NCBI GenBank assembly: GCA_030432755.1
Contig: JAUILZ010000001.1
Span: forward strand, 203,388 to 267,387
Source of the DNA: Gammaproteobacteria bacterium
Lineage (GTDB): Bacteria; Pseudomonadota; Gammaproteobacteria; Arenicellales; Poriferihabitantaceae
DNA: 64,000 bases
Reading direction: 5' to 3'
Part shown: in pieces, positions 38,196 to 46,882 of the stretch
How the letters are laid out: each line of letters begins with the position of its first letter
Position numbering within the stretch: position 1 is the stretch's first letter
The notes under the pieces: model-generated
What the model saw: only the letters and a program-made list of their open reading frames with translations
Database searches by the model: none
Told to the model about the DNA's origin: nothing
Translations under genes and position numbers: made by a program

Positions 38196-38369
38196 GGTTC
38201 CGCTGATGCTGAAGCAGCGGAACCCATCCCGGGATGGGCCCGGGATGAGGGATGGTCCGCCAGGCGGCGTGAGGTAACTGACCACGCACCTGTTGGCTTC
38301 CCCCCAACCAGGCCTCACCCGCCTGGCGGACCCGGCCCGGCAACGCCAACGCGCATTGCCGGGCTTTTT
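38196..38369 (+). ncRNA. candidate structured RNA / 3'UTR with serial hairpins ending in an intrinsic terminator
   Basis: GGTTCCGCTG...CAGCGGAACC (38196-38224); CATCCC...GGGATG; long stem GGTCCGCCAGGCGGcGTGAGG...CCTCACcCGCCTGGCGGACC (38254-38332); CCCGGCAA...TTGCCGGGCTTTTT. Confidence 0.5.
38336..38369 (+). terminator. intrinsic terminator
   Basis: CCCGGCAA cgccaacgcgca TTGCCGGG CTTTTT. Confidence 0.9.
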
Positions 38370-38462
38370 CATTGAAAGGTCCATATATCAAGGCCGAGCC
38401 CGGGGTCGGCTGGATTGATCGGCGTCAATTGCGCCCTGCTGCGGGATTGCTAGATTGCGCCT

Positions 38463-39674
38463 ATGAATATCACTTCCCAGGCAAGAGACGCGCTCGCTCG
38501 CGGGTGCGCCAAACCCATACTCGCCGTGATGCTGGCGACCTCGCTCGCCGCGATCCCGGGGATGCCGGTGACCGCAGCCGCACAGAGCGCTGGCAATCCG
38601 GGTGTCGATCCCGAGATTCGCGAGACGATGCGGGAGGCCTTCGATGCCCTGTCCTTCCTCGTGGAAGCCGCCATCGAGCCGGGCGCCGCGCCAAGACCCC
38701 GCGCCGAGATGGAGGCCGCGCTGGAACGGCTCGAGGCCGCCAGCGAGGCGCTGCAGTTTCACGGCCAGCTCAAGCCGACCGCGTTCAGCCTGCTGGGGCG
38801 CTCCCTGGAAGACAGTGTCGGGAGAATGATCGACAACTACCGCGTCGGCCTGACGGACGTCGCGGACCTGTATTTGCTGGACACGGTGGAACACTGCGTC
38901 ACCTGCCATTCCCTGCTGCCCGACAAGGGTCAACGCAACCTGGGCGAGCTGTTTGCCGGGGCCGTGGAAGAGGCGAGTGTGGAGCCCGTCGTCGCCGCGC
39001 ATCTGCTGATCGCGGCGCGCCAGGTGCCCAGGGCGCTGTCCCTCTGGGAATCCTACTTCAGCAGCGACGACTTCGCTCCCGGCGAGATGACTTCCCAGGA
39101 GGAACTGGCGGATTATCTCTGGCATGCACTTCTCCTGACCGGGGATCCCGAGCGTCCTTTGCCGGTGCTGGAAATGGTACGTGACGCGGAAGATGCGCCG
39201 TTCTACCTTCGTCGGCGGGCCGGCCAGTGGATCGGTCAGCTCGGCGACCTGGCGGCGGGATTTCAGCAAGACGCCGGCATTGGGGAAATCCGTCGTCTGT
39301 TCGGCGGCGGATTCACCTACTCGGACACACTGGCTGGACGTGATCACCTGGTGCAGGACGTGCTGGTCTCCAGCCAGGCCAACCAGCTACTGGCAAACGC
39401 CGGCATCCTGCAGGCGGAGGAGCGCGCCGAACTGTATTTCATCCTGGCCTTGACCGAGCTGCGCAGCCGACTGTCCGTGGGCGCGGTGCCTGCAGCGGAG
39501 CTTTACCTCGAGGCCGCGATCCGCGAGGCGCCCGACAGCGAAATCGCGCGCACCGCCTATGCAGAACTGCAACAATACGCGTTACAGTACTTTGGTGAGC
39601 CCGAGCCCTCCACAGCGTTGTTCCCCGTGCCCATGGCCGAACTTCGCCGCCTGGCGGGCCTGAACCAACCCTGA
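38463..39674 (+). CDS. secreted 403-aa protein with one CxxCH heme-binding motif
   Basis: N-terminal signal sequence; TVEHCVTCHSLLPDKGQRN in a helical context. Confidence 0.7.
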   Translation: MNITSQARDALARGCAKPILAVMLATSLAAIPGMPVTAAAQSAGNPGVDPEIRETMREAFDALSFLVEAAIEPGAAPRPRAEMEAALERLEAASEALQFHGQLKPTAFSLLGRSLEDSVGRMIDNYRVGLTDVADLYLLDTVEHCVTCHSLLPDKGQRNLGELFAGAVEEASVEPVVAAHLLIAARQVPRALSLWESYFSSDDFAPGEMTSQEELADYLWHALLLTGDPERPLPVLEMVRDAEDAPFYLRRRAGQWIGQLGDLAAGFQQDAGIGEIRRLFGGGFTYSDTLAGRDHLVQDVLVSSQANQLLANAGILQAEERAELYFILALTELRSRLSVGAVPAAELYLEAAIREAPDSEIARTAYAELQQYALQYFGEPEPSTALFPVPMAELRRLAGLNQP

Positions 39675-39688
39675 AGGAGGTAACGACC

Positions 39689-40540
39689 ATGAAGACACGC
39701 AGAATCCTGGTGGCGGTGGACAACAGCCCTGCCGCCCTCTCGCGGATCGAAAGCGCGATCCATCTCGCGAATATCATCGAGGCGGAGGTCAGCGCGATCC
39801 TCGCAATGCATATCGAGGTGCCGCCGGTGGCGGCCAGTACCATGCACGGCGGCTGGTACATGGGCGAGGAAATCCTCAACCGCAGCCGCGACGAGGCGTT
39901 GCAATCGGCCAACGTGATCCGCGAGGCGTGCATGCTGCTCGCCGAACGCCTGCAATGGGATCTCGGCTGGATCCAGCGCGAGGGCGACGCGGTGCACGTG
40001 ATCAGCGAGGAGGCGCGTTACCACGATGTCCTGCTGCTCGGCCGTCCCGACGGCGCGGGCGCGGCTCCCGGCTTCCACGGCAACGTGCATGCGATCCTGC
40101 TGGAGGCCGGGGTCCCCTGCCTGGTGCTGGCGGGGCCGCAACACGGCCTCACCCAGCAGCCGTCGCGCATACTGCTCGCCTGGGACGGTGGGCGCGAGGC
40201 CTGCCAGGCGATGCGCGGCGCGCTCGGCTTTCTCACCCGCGCGGAGGAGGTCATCGTCCTCACCCTCGCGGCCCATGCCTCGGAGGAGGCGCGCGCCGGC
40301 GAGGTCAACGCGCGCGCCATTGACTACCTGAAGACCCACGGGGTGAACACCCGCGGCCTGGTGACGGTGCGCGAGGGCATGTTCAACGGACCGCCTATCG
40401 TCCAGCACCTGGAAAAAGAGCAGCCCGACCTGGTGGTGATGGGCGCCTACGGGCATTCCCGGTTCCGCGAGACCGTCCTCGGTGGCGCCACCAGACACAT
40501 GTTGCAGAACACCGACGTGCCGCTGTTGTTCGCCCACTGA
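39689..40540 (+). CDS. universal stress protein, tandem UspA domains
   Basis: RILVAVDNSPAAL; VVMGAYGHSRFRETVLGGATRHML. Confidence 0.93.
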   Translation: MKTRRILVAVDNSPAALSRIESAIHLANIIEAEVSAILAMHIEVPPVAASTMHGGWYMGEEILNRSRDEALQSANVIREACMLLAERLQWDLGWIQREGDAVHVISEEARYHDVLLLGRPDGAGAAPGFHGNVHAILLEAGVPCLVLAGPQHGLTQQPSRILLAWDGGREACQAMRGALGFLTRAEEVIVLTLAAHASEEARAGEVNARAIDYLKTHGVNTRGLVTVREGMFNGPPIVQHLEKEQPDLVVMGAYGHSRFRETVLGGATRHMLQNTDVPLLFAH

Positions 40541-40562
40541 CACGACCGACTGGAGAATCGAC

Positions 40563-41393
40563 ATGGCGCTCAAGGACCTTCTGGTCGTGGTGGACGATTC
40601 CGACGCGAGCGAGGTGACCTTCGACTTCGCCGCCGCGCTCGCAGCCGATCACGGCGCCCATCTCGCCGTACTCTGTCCCGTTCCCAGTTTGCCGCCGGCA
40701 ATGACCATGGGGATCGAGTACAGCACCGACTGGCTGCTGTCGATCGGCGAACGCATTCGCGCGTCTGCAGAGGCCTGCCGCGCCCGAATCGGGGCGCGCG
40801 CGGAGTCCCGTGGCGTCCCCATCGAATGGCGCAGCGAAGAGGGTGATCCCGTCAGGGTGGCGACCGAGTTCAGTCGCTACGTCGACCTAACCGTCATGAC
40901 CCAGGGGGGATCCGGGCGCGCGGGGGAGGATATCCGCGAATTGTCCGACTATTTCATCCTCGACACCGGCCGGCCCGTGGTCCAGGTGCCGTTCATCGGC
41001 GCGCCCGCCAGCCCACCGCGGCGCGTGGTGGTGGGCTGGGACGGCAGCCGTAGCGCGACCCGCGCCCTGCACGATGCGTTGCCGCTGCTTACCCGGGCCG
41101 ATCACGTCGAATTGCTGAGCATTCGCGAGGCCGGGCACGACGACACGGGCGACGTTTCCGCCATCGACATCAGCGCCCACCTCGCGCGCCACGATGTCAA
41201 CGTGGAGACCCGCGTGCTGGTGACGGAGGACATCGAACCCGCGGACAGCCTCCTGTCCCATGTCAGCAGCACCGGCGCGGACCTGGTGGTCATCGGCGCC
41301 TACGGCCATTCGCGCCTGCGCGAACTGGTGCTGGGTGGAATGACCCGTGGAATATTGCGTCAGATGACCGTGCCGGTCCTGTTGTCATACTGA
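40563..41393 (+). CDS. universal stress protein, tandem UspA domains
   Basis: DLLVVVDDSDASEV; LVVIGAYGHSRLRELVLGGMTRGIL. Confidence 0.93.
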   Translation: MALKDLLVVVDDSDASEVTFDFAAALAADHGAHLAVLCPVPSLPPAMTMGIEYSTDWLLSIGERIRASAEACRARIGARAESRGVPIEWRSEEGDPVRVATEFSRYVDLTVMTQGGSGRAGEDIRELSDYFILDTGRPVVQVPFIGAPASPPRRVVVGWDGSRSATRALHDALPLLTRADHVELLSIREAGHDDTGDVSAIDISAHLARHDVNVETRVLVTEDIEPADSLLSHVSSTGADLVVIGAYGHSRLRELVLGGMTRGILRQMTVPVLLSY

Positions 41394-41418
41394 CACGGCT
41401 TCCCCGATACTTCGGGCC

Positions 41419-41835
41419 ATGCGCTTTTCCACCACGCTTCTGGCGGCGTGTACGCTGTTGCTGTCCGCCTGCGCCGCGCCTACCGCGGAGGAACGGGATG
41501 AGATCATCGTCCTGAACAGCAGCGAGGTGCGCACCCTGATGCAGAAAATGGCGGTCATGGTGTTCAACCTCGAGGATCTGGTGCTGGCGCCGAATACGGC
41601 TGATCCGGGAGCACGGCAGGAGGCCGTGATCGGGCAGCTCGCGGAGATCGAGAAGGTGGCGATGAATCTCGGCGCAGGACCCCAACGCACCAACCACTTT
41701 CTTATCGACAGCGGCATTGATCGCCTGGTGACGGACCTGCATCTCGCTTCGGATGCGGCGAGCGCGGAACCTCCCGACTACGAGCCTGCTCTCGACGTGA
41801 TCGATCAATGCAAGCGATGCCACCTGATGCGTTAA
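41419..41835 (+). CDS. lipoprotein with C-terminal CxxCH (cytochrome c'-like candidate)
   Basis: MRFSTTLLAACTLLLSACAAP lipobox; C-terminal DQCKRCHLMR as in four-helix cytochrome c' proteins. Confidence 0.7.
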   Translation: MRFSTTLLAACTLLLSACAAPTAEERDEIIVLNSSEVRTLMQKMAVMVFNLEDLVLAPNTADPGARQEAVIGQLAEIEKVAMNLGAGPQRTNHFLIDSGIDRLVTDLHLASDAASAEPPDYEPALDVIDQCKRCHLMR

Positions 41836-41916
41836 TCGGGTAGCGCGGGGGCCGCCGGGCCCGGCATAGCACGATGGTCTATAATCCGGGCCCGTTTCCC
41901 CTCTCGCACCACGAAC

Positions 41917-43095
41917 ATGCGCCCGTCGCGCCGGGTATTGCTGATCAGTCCACAGCCCTATTTTGCCTGGCGCGGCAGCTCCATCCGGGTGAAGTTCAAT
42001 GTCCGCGCCCTCGCGGACCTGGGCCACGACGTCGACCTGCTGACGATCCCCATCGGGGAGGATGAGCCGGACACCCCGGCGCGGGTGATCCGGGTCTGGA
42101 ACCTGCTGGGTTCGCGTTCGATCTCCATCGGCCCGTCGCCGCTCAAGCTCTGGTTCGACCTGCTGCTGCTGATCCGTGGCCTCGGCCTCGTCGTGCGCCA
42201 CCGCTACGACGTGATCCATGGCACCGAGGAAGCCGGTTTTCTCTCGTGGATCCTCGCAAGGCTCAGCCGCGCGCGTTGCGTGTACGAAAAACATTCCGAT
42301 GCCGCGTCGTATAAAAAGGGTGCGCTGCAGAACCTGTTCCTGAAGGCCTATCTCGCGGTGGAGCATTTCACCTGCCGTCACGCCGACCTCGTGATCTGCA
42401 CCGGCCCCGGTCTTTATCGCCAGGCGCTGTCGGTGGCGCCATCGGCCCGGGTCCACGATATCTTCGACATTCCCTCGTCGCTGGTGGAGCCACCGCCCGC
42501 GGCGGTGACGGCGGCGCGGGAGAAGATGGATCCGAACGGCGACCGGGTGCTGGCCTGCTATGTCGGCTCCTTCGCCGTCTACCAGGGTATCGACGTGTTG
42601 TTCGAGGCGATGCCGGCGGTGACCAGGGCGGACGCGCGCGTGCGATTCGTGATCATCGGCGGTAGTGACGCCGAGATCGCGGCGCGCCGGGCGGCACTCG
42701 ACACGGCGGGAGTGCCCACGGACGCGGTACAATTCCTCGGTCTCATTCCGCCGGACGAATTGCCGGCCTGGCTCGCCGCGGCGGATATTTTGCTCGCGCC
42801 GCGCAAGGCCGGCGTCAATACCCCGCTCAAGGTGCTGGACTATTTCAAGGCCGGCGGCGCCATCGTCGCCACCGACACCCCCGCCAACCGCTTCATCATG
42901 GATGAGGAATGCGCGCGCCTCGTGGAGTTCAGCGCGGATGGGTTCGCCGGCGGCATACTCGACCTCTGCCGCGATTCCGCGGCCCGCGGCGCCATCGCCC
43001 GGCGCGGGCGGACGCTGTACGAGGAGAAATTCAACTTTCGTGTCTTCACCCGCCTGCTGGGGGAAGCCTACGACGACATGCTGGCAGCCGCCTGA
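41917..43095 (+). CDS. glycosyltransferase family 4
   Basis: Two Rossmann-like halves; YVGSFAVYQGIDVLFEAMP; APRKAGVNTPLKVLDYFKAGGAIVATD. Confidence 0.88.
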   Translation: MRPSRRVLLISPQPYFAWRGSSIRVKFNVRALADLGHDVDLLTIPIGEDEPDTPARVIRVWNLLGSRSISIGPSPLKLWFDLLLLIRGLGLVVRHRYDVIHGTEEAGFLSWILARLSRARCVYEKHSDAASYKKGALQNLFLKAYLAVEHFTCRHADLVICTGPGLYRQALSVAPSARVHDIFDIPSSLVEPPPAAVTAAREKMDPNGDRVLACYVGSFAVYQGIDVLFEAMPAVTRADARVRFVIIGGSDAEIAARRAALDTAGVPTDAVQFLGLIPPDELPAWLAAADILLAPRKAGVNTPLKVLDYFKAGGAIVATDTPANRFIMDEECARLVEFSADGFAGGILDLCRDSAARGAIARRGRTLYEEKFNFRVFTRLLGEAYDDMLAAA

Positions 43096-43892
43096 TGCGC
43101 TACGTCATCGACACTCACGTTCATATCTATCCGTTCTACGATACCGCCGCCGCGCTCGACAGCCTGCTCGACAATCTCGGCCGCGCCGACCCGGATGCGT
43201 CACGTATCGGATGCCTTACCGAGCGCTATGACTGCGACCTCTACAACCAGCTCTGCGCGCAACCGGACGCGAAAGTCAGTGAACGATTCGATCTCACCCC
43301 GGGGGACGATTCCCTGGGAATCCGACGTCGTGGCGATGGCGCCACCTGCCAGTTGTTGCCTGGACAACAGGTAATCACCGGCGAGAATATAGAAATACTG
43401 TCCCTCGCCTGCCGCGAACGTGTCACCGAGGGCGAGTCCGCGCCGGACACGGTGCGCGCGATCCTCGACAAGGGCGGGCTGCCGGTGGCGGCCTGGGCTC
43501 CCGGGAAATGGTTTTTCGAACGCGGGAAAGTCGTGCGCGCGCTGCTCGACCAGTTCGAGCCCACGGAACTGGCCCTCGGTGATACCACCCTTCGCCCGCT
43601 CGGGTGGACGACGCCCGATATCTTTCGCGATGCGAGGGCGCGGGGATTCCGCACGCTCTATGGCTCCGACCCCTTGCCATACGGTGGCGAGGAGCAACGC
43701 CCCGGAAGTTATTGCAGCGAAGTCACGCGCGCCTCTGGAAATGGGCTGACCGAGACCCCATCCGGGGTAGTCAGGTCCCTGTTGGGCGGGGGCTGGGATA
43801 TTTCACCGGCGGGCCGCCGCGGTTCACTGCCCACGGTGCTCGAACGCCTGGTGCGCAATCATCGCGCGCCAAAGCCCGCGAGGGCGTGCTGA
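43095..43892 (+). CDS. PHP/amidohydrolase-like putative metal-dependent hydrolase
   Basis: MRYVIDTHVHIYPFYD N-terminal HxH; start overlaps preceding stop (TGATG). Confidence 0.6.
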   Translation: MRYVIDTHVHIYPFYDTAAALDSLLDNLGRADPDASRIGCLTERYDCDLYNQLCAQPDAKVSERFDLTPGDDSLGIRRRGDGATCQLLPGQQVITGENIEILSLACRERVTEGESAPDTVRAILDKGGLPVAAWAPGKWFFERGKVVRALLDQFEPTELALGDTTLRPLGWTTPDIFRDARARGFRTLYGSDPLPYGGEEQRPGSYCSEVTRASGNGLTETPSGVVRSLLGGGWDISPAGRRGSLPTVLERLVRNHRAPKPARAC

Positions 43893-44012
43893 GTGGGGGC
43901 AAAGCGACTACAATCAGCGCCACCCGGGACGGTGGGCATCGGCGGTCAACTCGACTCGCCTGCACGACACGCAGAGAAGCAAAACCAGACTGCCGGCGAG
44001 ACCGGCGGCGAC

Positions 44013-45068
44013 ATGTTCCACCCGGCGCATCAGAGCGAAGAACAGGCAGAAATGTACGAAGAGTTTGGGCAATACGCCGGGTGCAATGTGCTGGTCACGG
44101 GCGCAACCGGGTTTGCAGGGCGGGTGCTCGTCCAGAAGCTGGCCAGGACCGGCGCCAGGCTGCGGGTGCTGGCGCGCGAAAGCTCCAATCTAGGCGAACT
44201 TGCCGATCTCGATATCCAGTGGTTCCGCGGGGACGTCTGCGACGAGGAAATCGTACAAGCAGCCACGCGGGACGTGCACTACCTGTTCCACCTCGCGGCC
44301 GCGTTCCGCGAGACCCATCCCAACGAGGAGGACTACCGCAGGGTCCACCTCTACAGCACTCAGCTGCTGGCAAAGGCGCTGGTCGACCAACCGCAGTTCC
44401 GCCGATTCCTGCACGTCTCCACCGTGGGCGTGCATGGCCACATCGAGTCCGGCCGGGCGGATGAGAACCATCGTTTCTCGCCCGGCGACTCGTACCAGAA
44501 AACCAAGCTCGAGGGCGAGCTCTGGCTCCGGCAATTCGGCGAAGACACCGGCCTGCCCTATACCGTGATCCGACCAGGCCCGATGTTCGGGCCGGGCGAC
44601 ATGCGCCTGCTGAAAATGTACCGCATGATCAGCAAGGGCTTTTTCGTGGTCCTGGGCGATTCGCGCGGACTCTACCACCTGGTCCACGTGGACGACGCGA
44701 CCAACCTGATGATGCTGGCCGCGCTCCGCGAGGAGGCCCGTTCCGAGGTGTTCATCGTCATGAGCGACGATCCGATCCGGGTGGTGGACATGGCGAAGGT
44801 GATCGCGAAAAAGATCGGCCGCGAGGTGCGCATCATCCGCCTGCCGGTGTGGCCTTTCTATATCGCCGCCGATATCTGCTGCGCGATCTGCTATCCGCTG
44901 GGCATCGCCCCGCCCCTGTATCGCCGGCGAGTGGATTTCTTCACCAAGGACCGGAGCTTCGACAACTCCAAGGTAAAGCGGATGCTCGGCTACCGGTTCC
45001 GTTACGACAACGAACTCGGTATCGAGGAAACCGCGAACTGGTATCTCCAGAACAACCTGATCCGCTAG
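44013..45068 (+). CDS. NAD-dependent epimerase/dehydratase (SDR extended)
   Basis: VLVTGATGFAGRVLVQKLARTG; SPGDSYQKTKLEGE; VIRPGPMFGPGD. Confidence 0.88.
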   Translation: MFHPAHQSEEQAEMYEEFGQYAGCNVLVTGATGFAGRVLVQKLARTGARLRVLARESSNLGELADLDIQWFRGDVCDEEIVQAATRDVHYLFHLAAAFRETHPNEEDYRRVHLYSTQLLAKALVDQPQFRRFLHVSTVGVHGHIESGRADENHRFSPGDSYQKTKLEGELWLRQFGEDTGLPYTVIRPGPMFGPGDMRLLKMYRMISKGFFVVLGDSRGLYHLVHVDDATNLMMLAALREEARSEVFIVMSDDPIRVVDMAKVIAKKIGREVRIIRLPVWPFYIAADICCAICYPLGIAPPLYRRRVDFFTKDRSFDNSKVKRMLGYRFRYDNELGIEETANWYLQNNLIR

Positions 45069-45096
45069 GAACCGGTCTCAAAATAGCCTGCGCTGG
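45067..45096. repeat. partial copy of the 26231-26373 repeat end
   Basis: GGAACCGGTCTCAAAATAGCCTGCGCTGGC versus AGAAGCGGCCTCATAAAAGCCTGCGCTTGGC. Confidence 0.5.
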
Positions 45097-46088
45097 CCGT
45101 GCAGCAGACGGTGCGCCTGCAAACGCATCCATTCCCTCGAACGTAGCGTCATCGGGGGCGGGTCCAGCGCCGCAGCGCTTGCCTTCAGGGCGGGTTCGGC
45201 ATCCCGCAAGGCACTACCCGAATCTCCCAGTCTGCGCCAGTAGCGATACCAGGCTATCCCCAGCGGGCGTGGTACCGGTTGACCCCGGCGATGCCAGTAT
45301 TGCAGCGCTTCCAGGTGGAGCAGAGCGTTCTCCAGTAGAAACCTTCCGCCATCGAGGCGAGCGGTGCTGTTTTCCGAACCTTGTCGCTCGCGATAAAGAA
45401 TGCCCACATGGCCACAATGGGCGATGGAATGACCGGCGAGGAACAATCGCAGGATGAGGTCAGTGTCGCTTGCCTGCCAGCGCTCGTCCCAGCCCTTGAG
45501 ACCAACGAGAGATTCGCGCCGAAAGAGCAGGCTGCAGGATGTCCAGAACTGCACATCATCGAAAAGATACGGGAAAATGTCTTCGGGCGAGAAGAGAGTA
45601 TCAGCAAGGGGTTCGCGATGGGCGAGCGCAAAGCCGCGGGTGCCGTACAGCTCGCCAGGCGCAAGCTGTTCGTCACAGCGCCGGGAGAGACAGGCCGCGG
45701 CACCAGCCGTATTGTGGCCAATCAACGCATCAACCAGACGGCGGAGCGTCCCCGGGGTCATGACATCATCGGCATCCAGCTTGATCACTAACGCGCCGCG
45801 GGACCGTTCGAGCGCGGTGTTCCAGTTGCGGTTCATACCCAGCCTTTCCGGATTGCGGAAATAGCGCAGGCGGGGATCGTCGATGGCATTGACAGCCGTT
45901 TGGCAATCCGGGTCCACGCCCTCGTCCGACACCACGACCTCGAAATCCTCCCAGTCCTGGGACAGCACCGATTCGAGCGCCGCCTGGATATAGGGCCCGT
46001 CACGGTAGCAGGGAACGAGTACGCTGACGGCTGGATCAGGCAATGGCGTGGGCGTGGAAACGGGACAACGGAGGGTAACCAGCGCCAT
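45078..46088 (-). CDS. glycosyltransferase family 2
   Basis: AVSVLVPCYRDGPYIQAALESVLSQDWEDFEVVVSDEG; KLDADDVMTPGTL. Confidence 0.88.
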   Translation of the reverse strand: MALVTLRCPVSTPTPLPDPAVSVLVPCYRDGPYIQAALESVLSQDWEDFEVVVSDEGVDPDCQTAVNAIDDPRLRYFRNPERLGMNRNWNTALERSRGALVIKLDADDVMTPGTLRRLVDALIGHNTAGAAACLSRRCDEQLAPGELYGTRGFALAHREPLADTLFSPEDIFPYLFDDVQFWTSCSLLFRRESLVGLKGWDERWQASDTDLILRLFLAGHSIAHCGHVGILYRERQGSENSTARLDGGRFLLENALLHLEALQYWHRRGQPVPRPLGIAWYRYWRRLGDSGSALRDAEPALKASAAALDPPPMTLRSREWMRLQAHRLLHGQRRLF

Positions 46089-46119
46089 TGCGCGATTGCA
46101 ATGGCGGCGCAACTTCGCC

Positions 46120-46740
46120 ATGCTCATCGTCATTGCCACTACGCGGGGAGCGATGATCATGGGAACCGACCCTCAAGCCAAATGCAGGCCACGCTGGCGC
46201 GTGCTCGCCGTGGCAGCCGCGCTGGCATTTTGCTTGCCCGCCGGCGCCGACCAGCGCGCCCCCGCGCTCGATGGATTGTTCGCCACCCTGCAGGCGCCGC
46301 AGACCTCGCCCGGCCGCGCGCAGCAGGTGACCACCGAGATCTGGCATCACTGGCTGGAGGCGACCGACGAAGACGCGCAGCGCCTGATGAACCTCGGCAT
46401 CACGCGTATGAACGAGTTCGCCCTCGACCAGGCCGTGGAGATCTTTACCACGCTGATTGACATGTCGCCTGACTATGCCGAGGCATGGAACAAGCGCGCC
46501 ACGGTGTACTACATGATCGGCGAATATGACCTCTCCACCGCGGACGTCAAGGAAACCCTGCGCCTCGAACCGCGTCATTTCGGCGCCCTGTCGGGACAGG
46601 GCCTGATCTACATGCAACAGGACCGCAAGGCGGAGGCCCTCCACTGGTTCCGCCGCGCCCTCGACGTCAATCCATTCATGGACGGCGTGCGCCAGAACGT
46701 GGAAATGCTCGAAGCCGAACTCGAAGGCACTGTAACCTGA
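46120..46740 (+). CDS. secreted TPR-repeat protein
   Basis: Signal-like WRVLAVAAALAFCLPAGAD; TPR repeats PDYAEAWNKRATVYYMIGEYDLS, PRHFGALSGQGLIYMQQDRKAEAL; exact start uncertain. Confidence 0.75.
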   Translation: MLIVIATTRGAMIMGTDPQAKCRPRWRVLAVAAALAFCLPAGADQRAPALDGLFATLQAPQTSPGRAQQVTTEIWHHWLEATDEDAQRLMNLGITRMNEFALDQAVEIFTTLIDMSPDYAEAWNKRATVYYMIGEYDLSTADVKETLRLEPRHFGALSGQGLIYMQQDRKAEALHWFRRALDVNPFMDGVRQNVEMLEAELEGTVT

Positions 46741-46882
46741 TCGCCCTAATTGGTGACAGTTTACTGATTTCGAGGTTTACCGCGGAGCGCCCTCCCGGGA
46801 TTGCACACCAGCTTTAGGTGAGGCAGATTCCCGCGATGCCAGTTCTCACTTCTCCTGCCCGGTATCCCCGGCGCAAAGCGCG

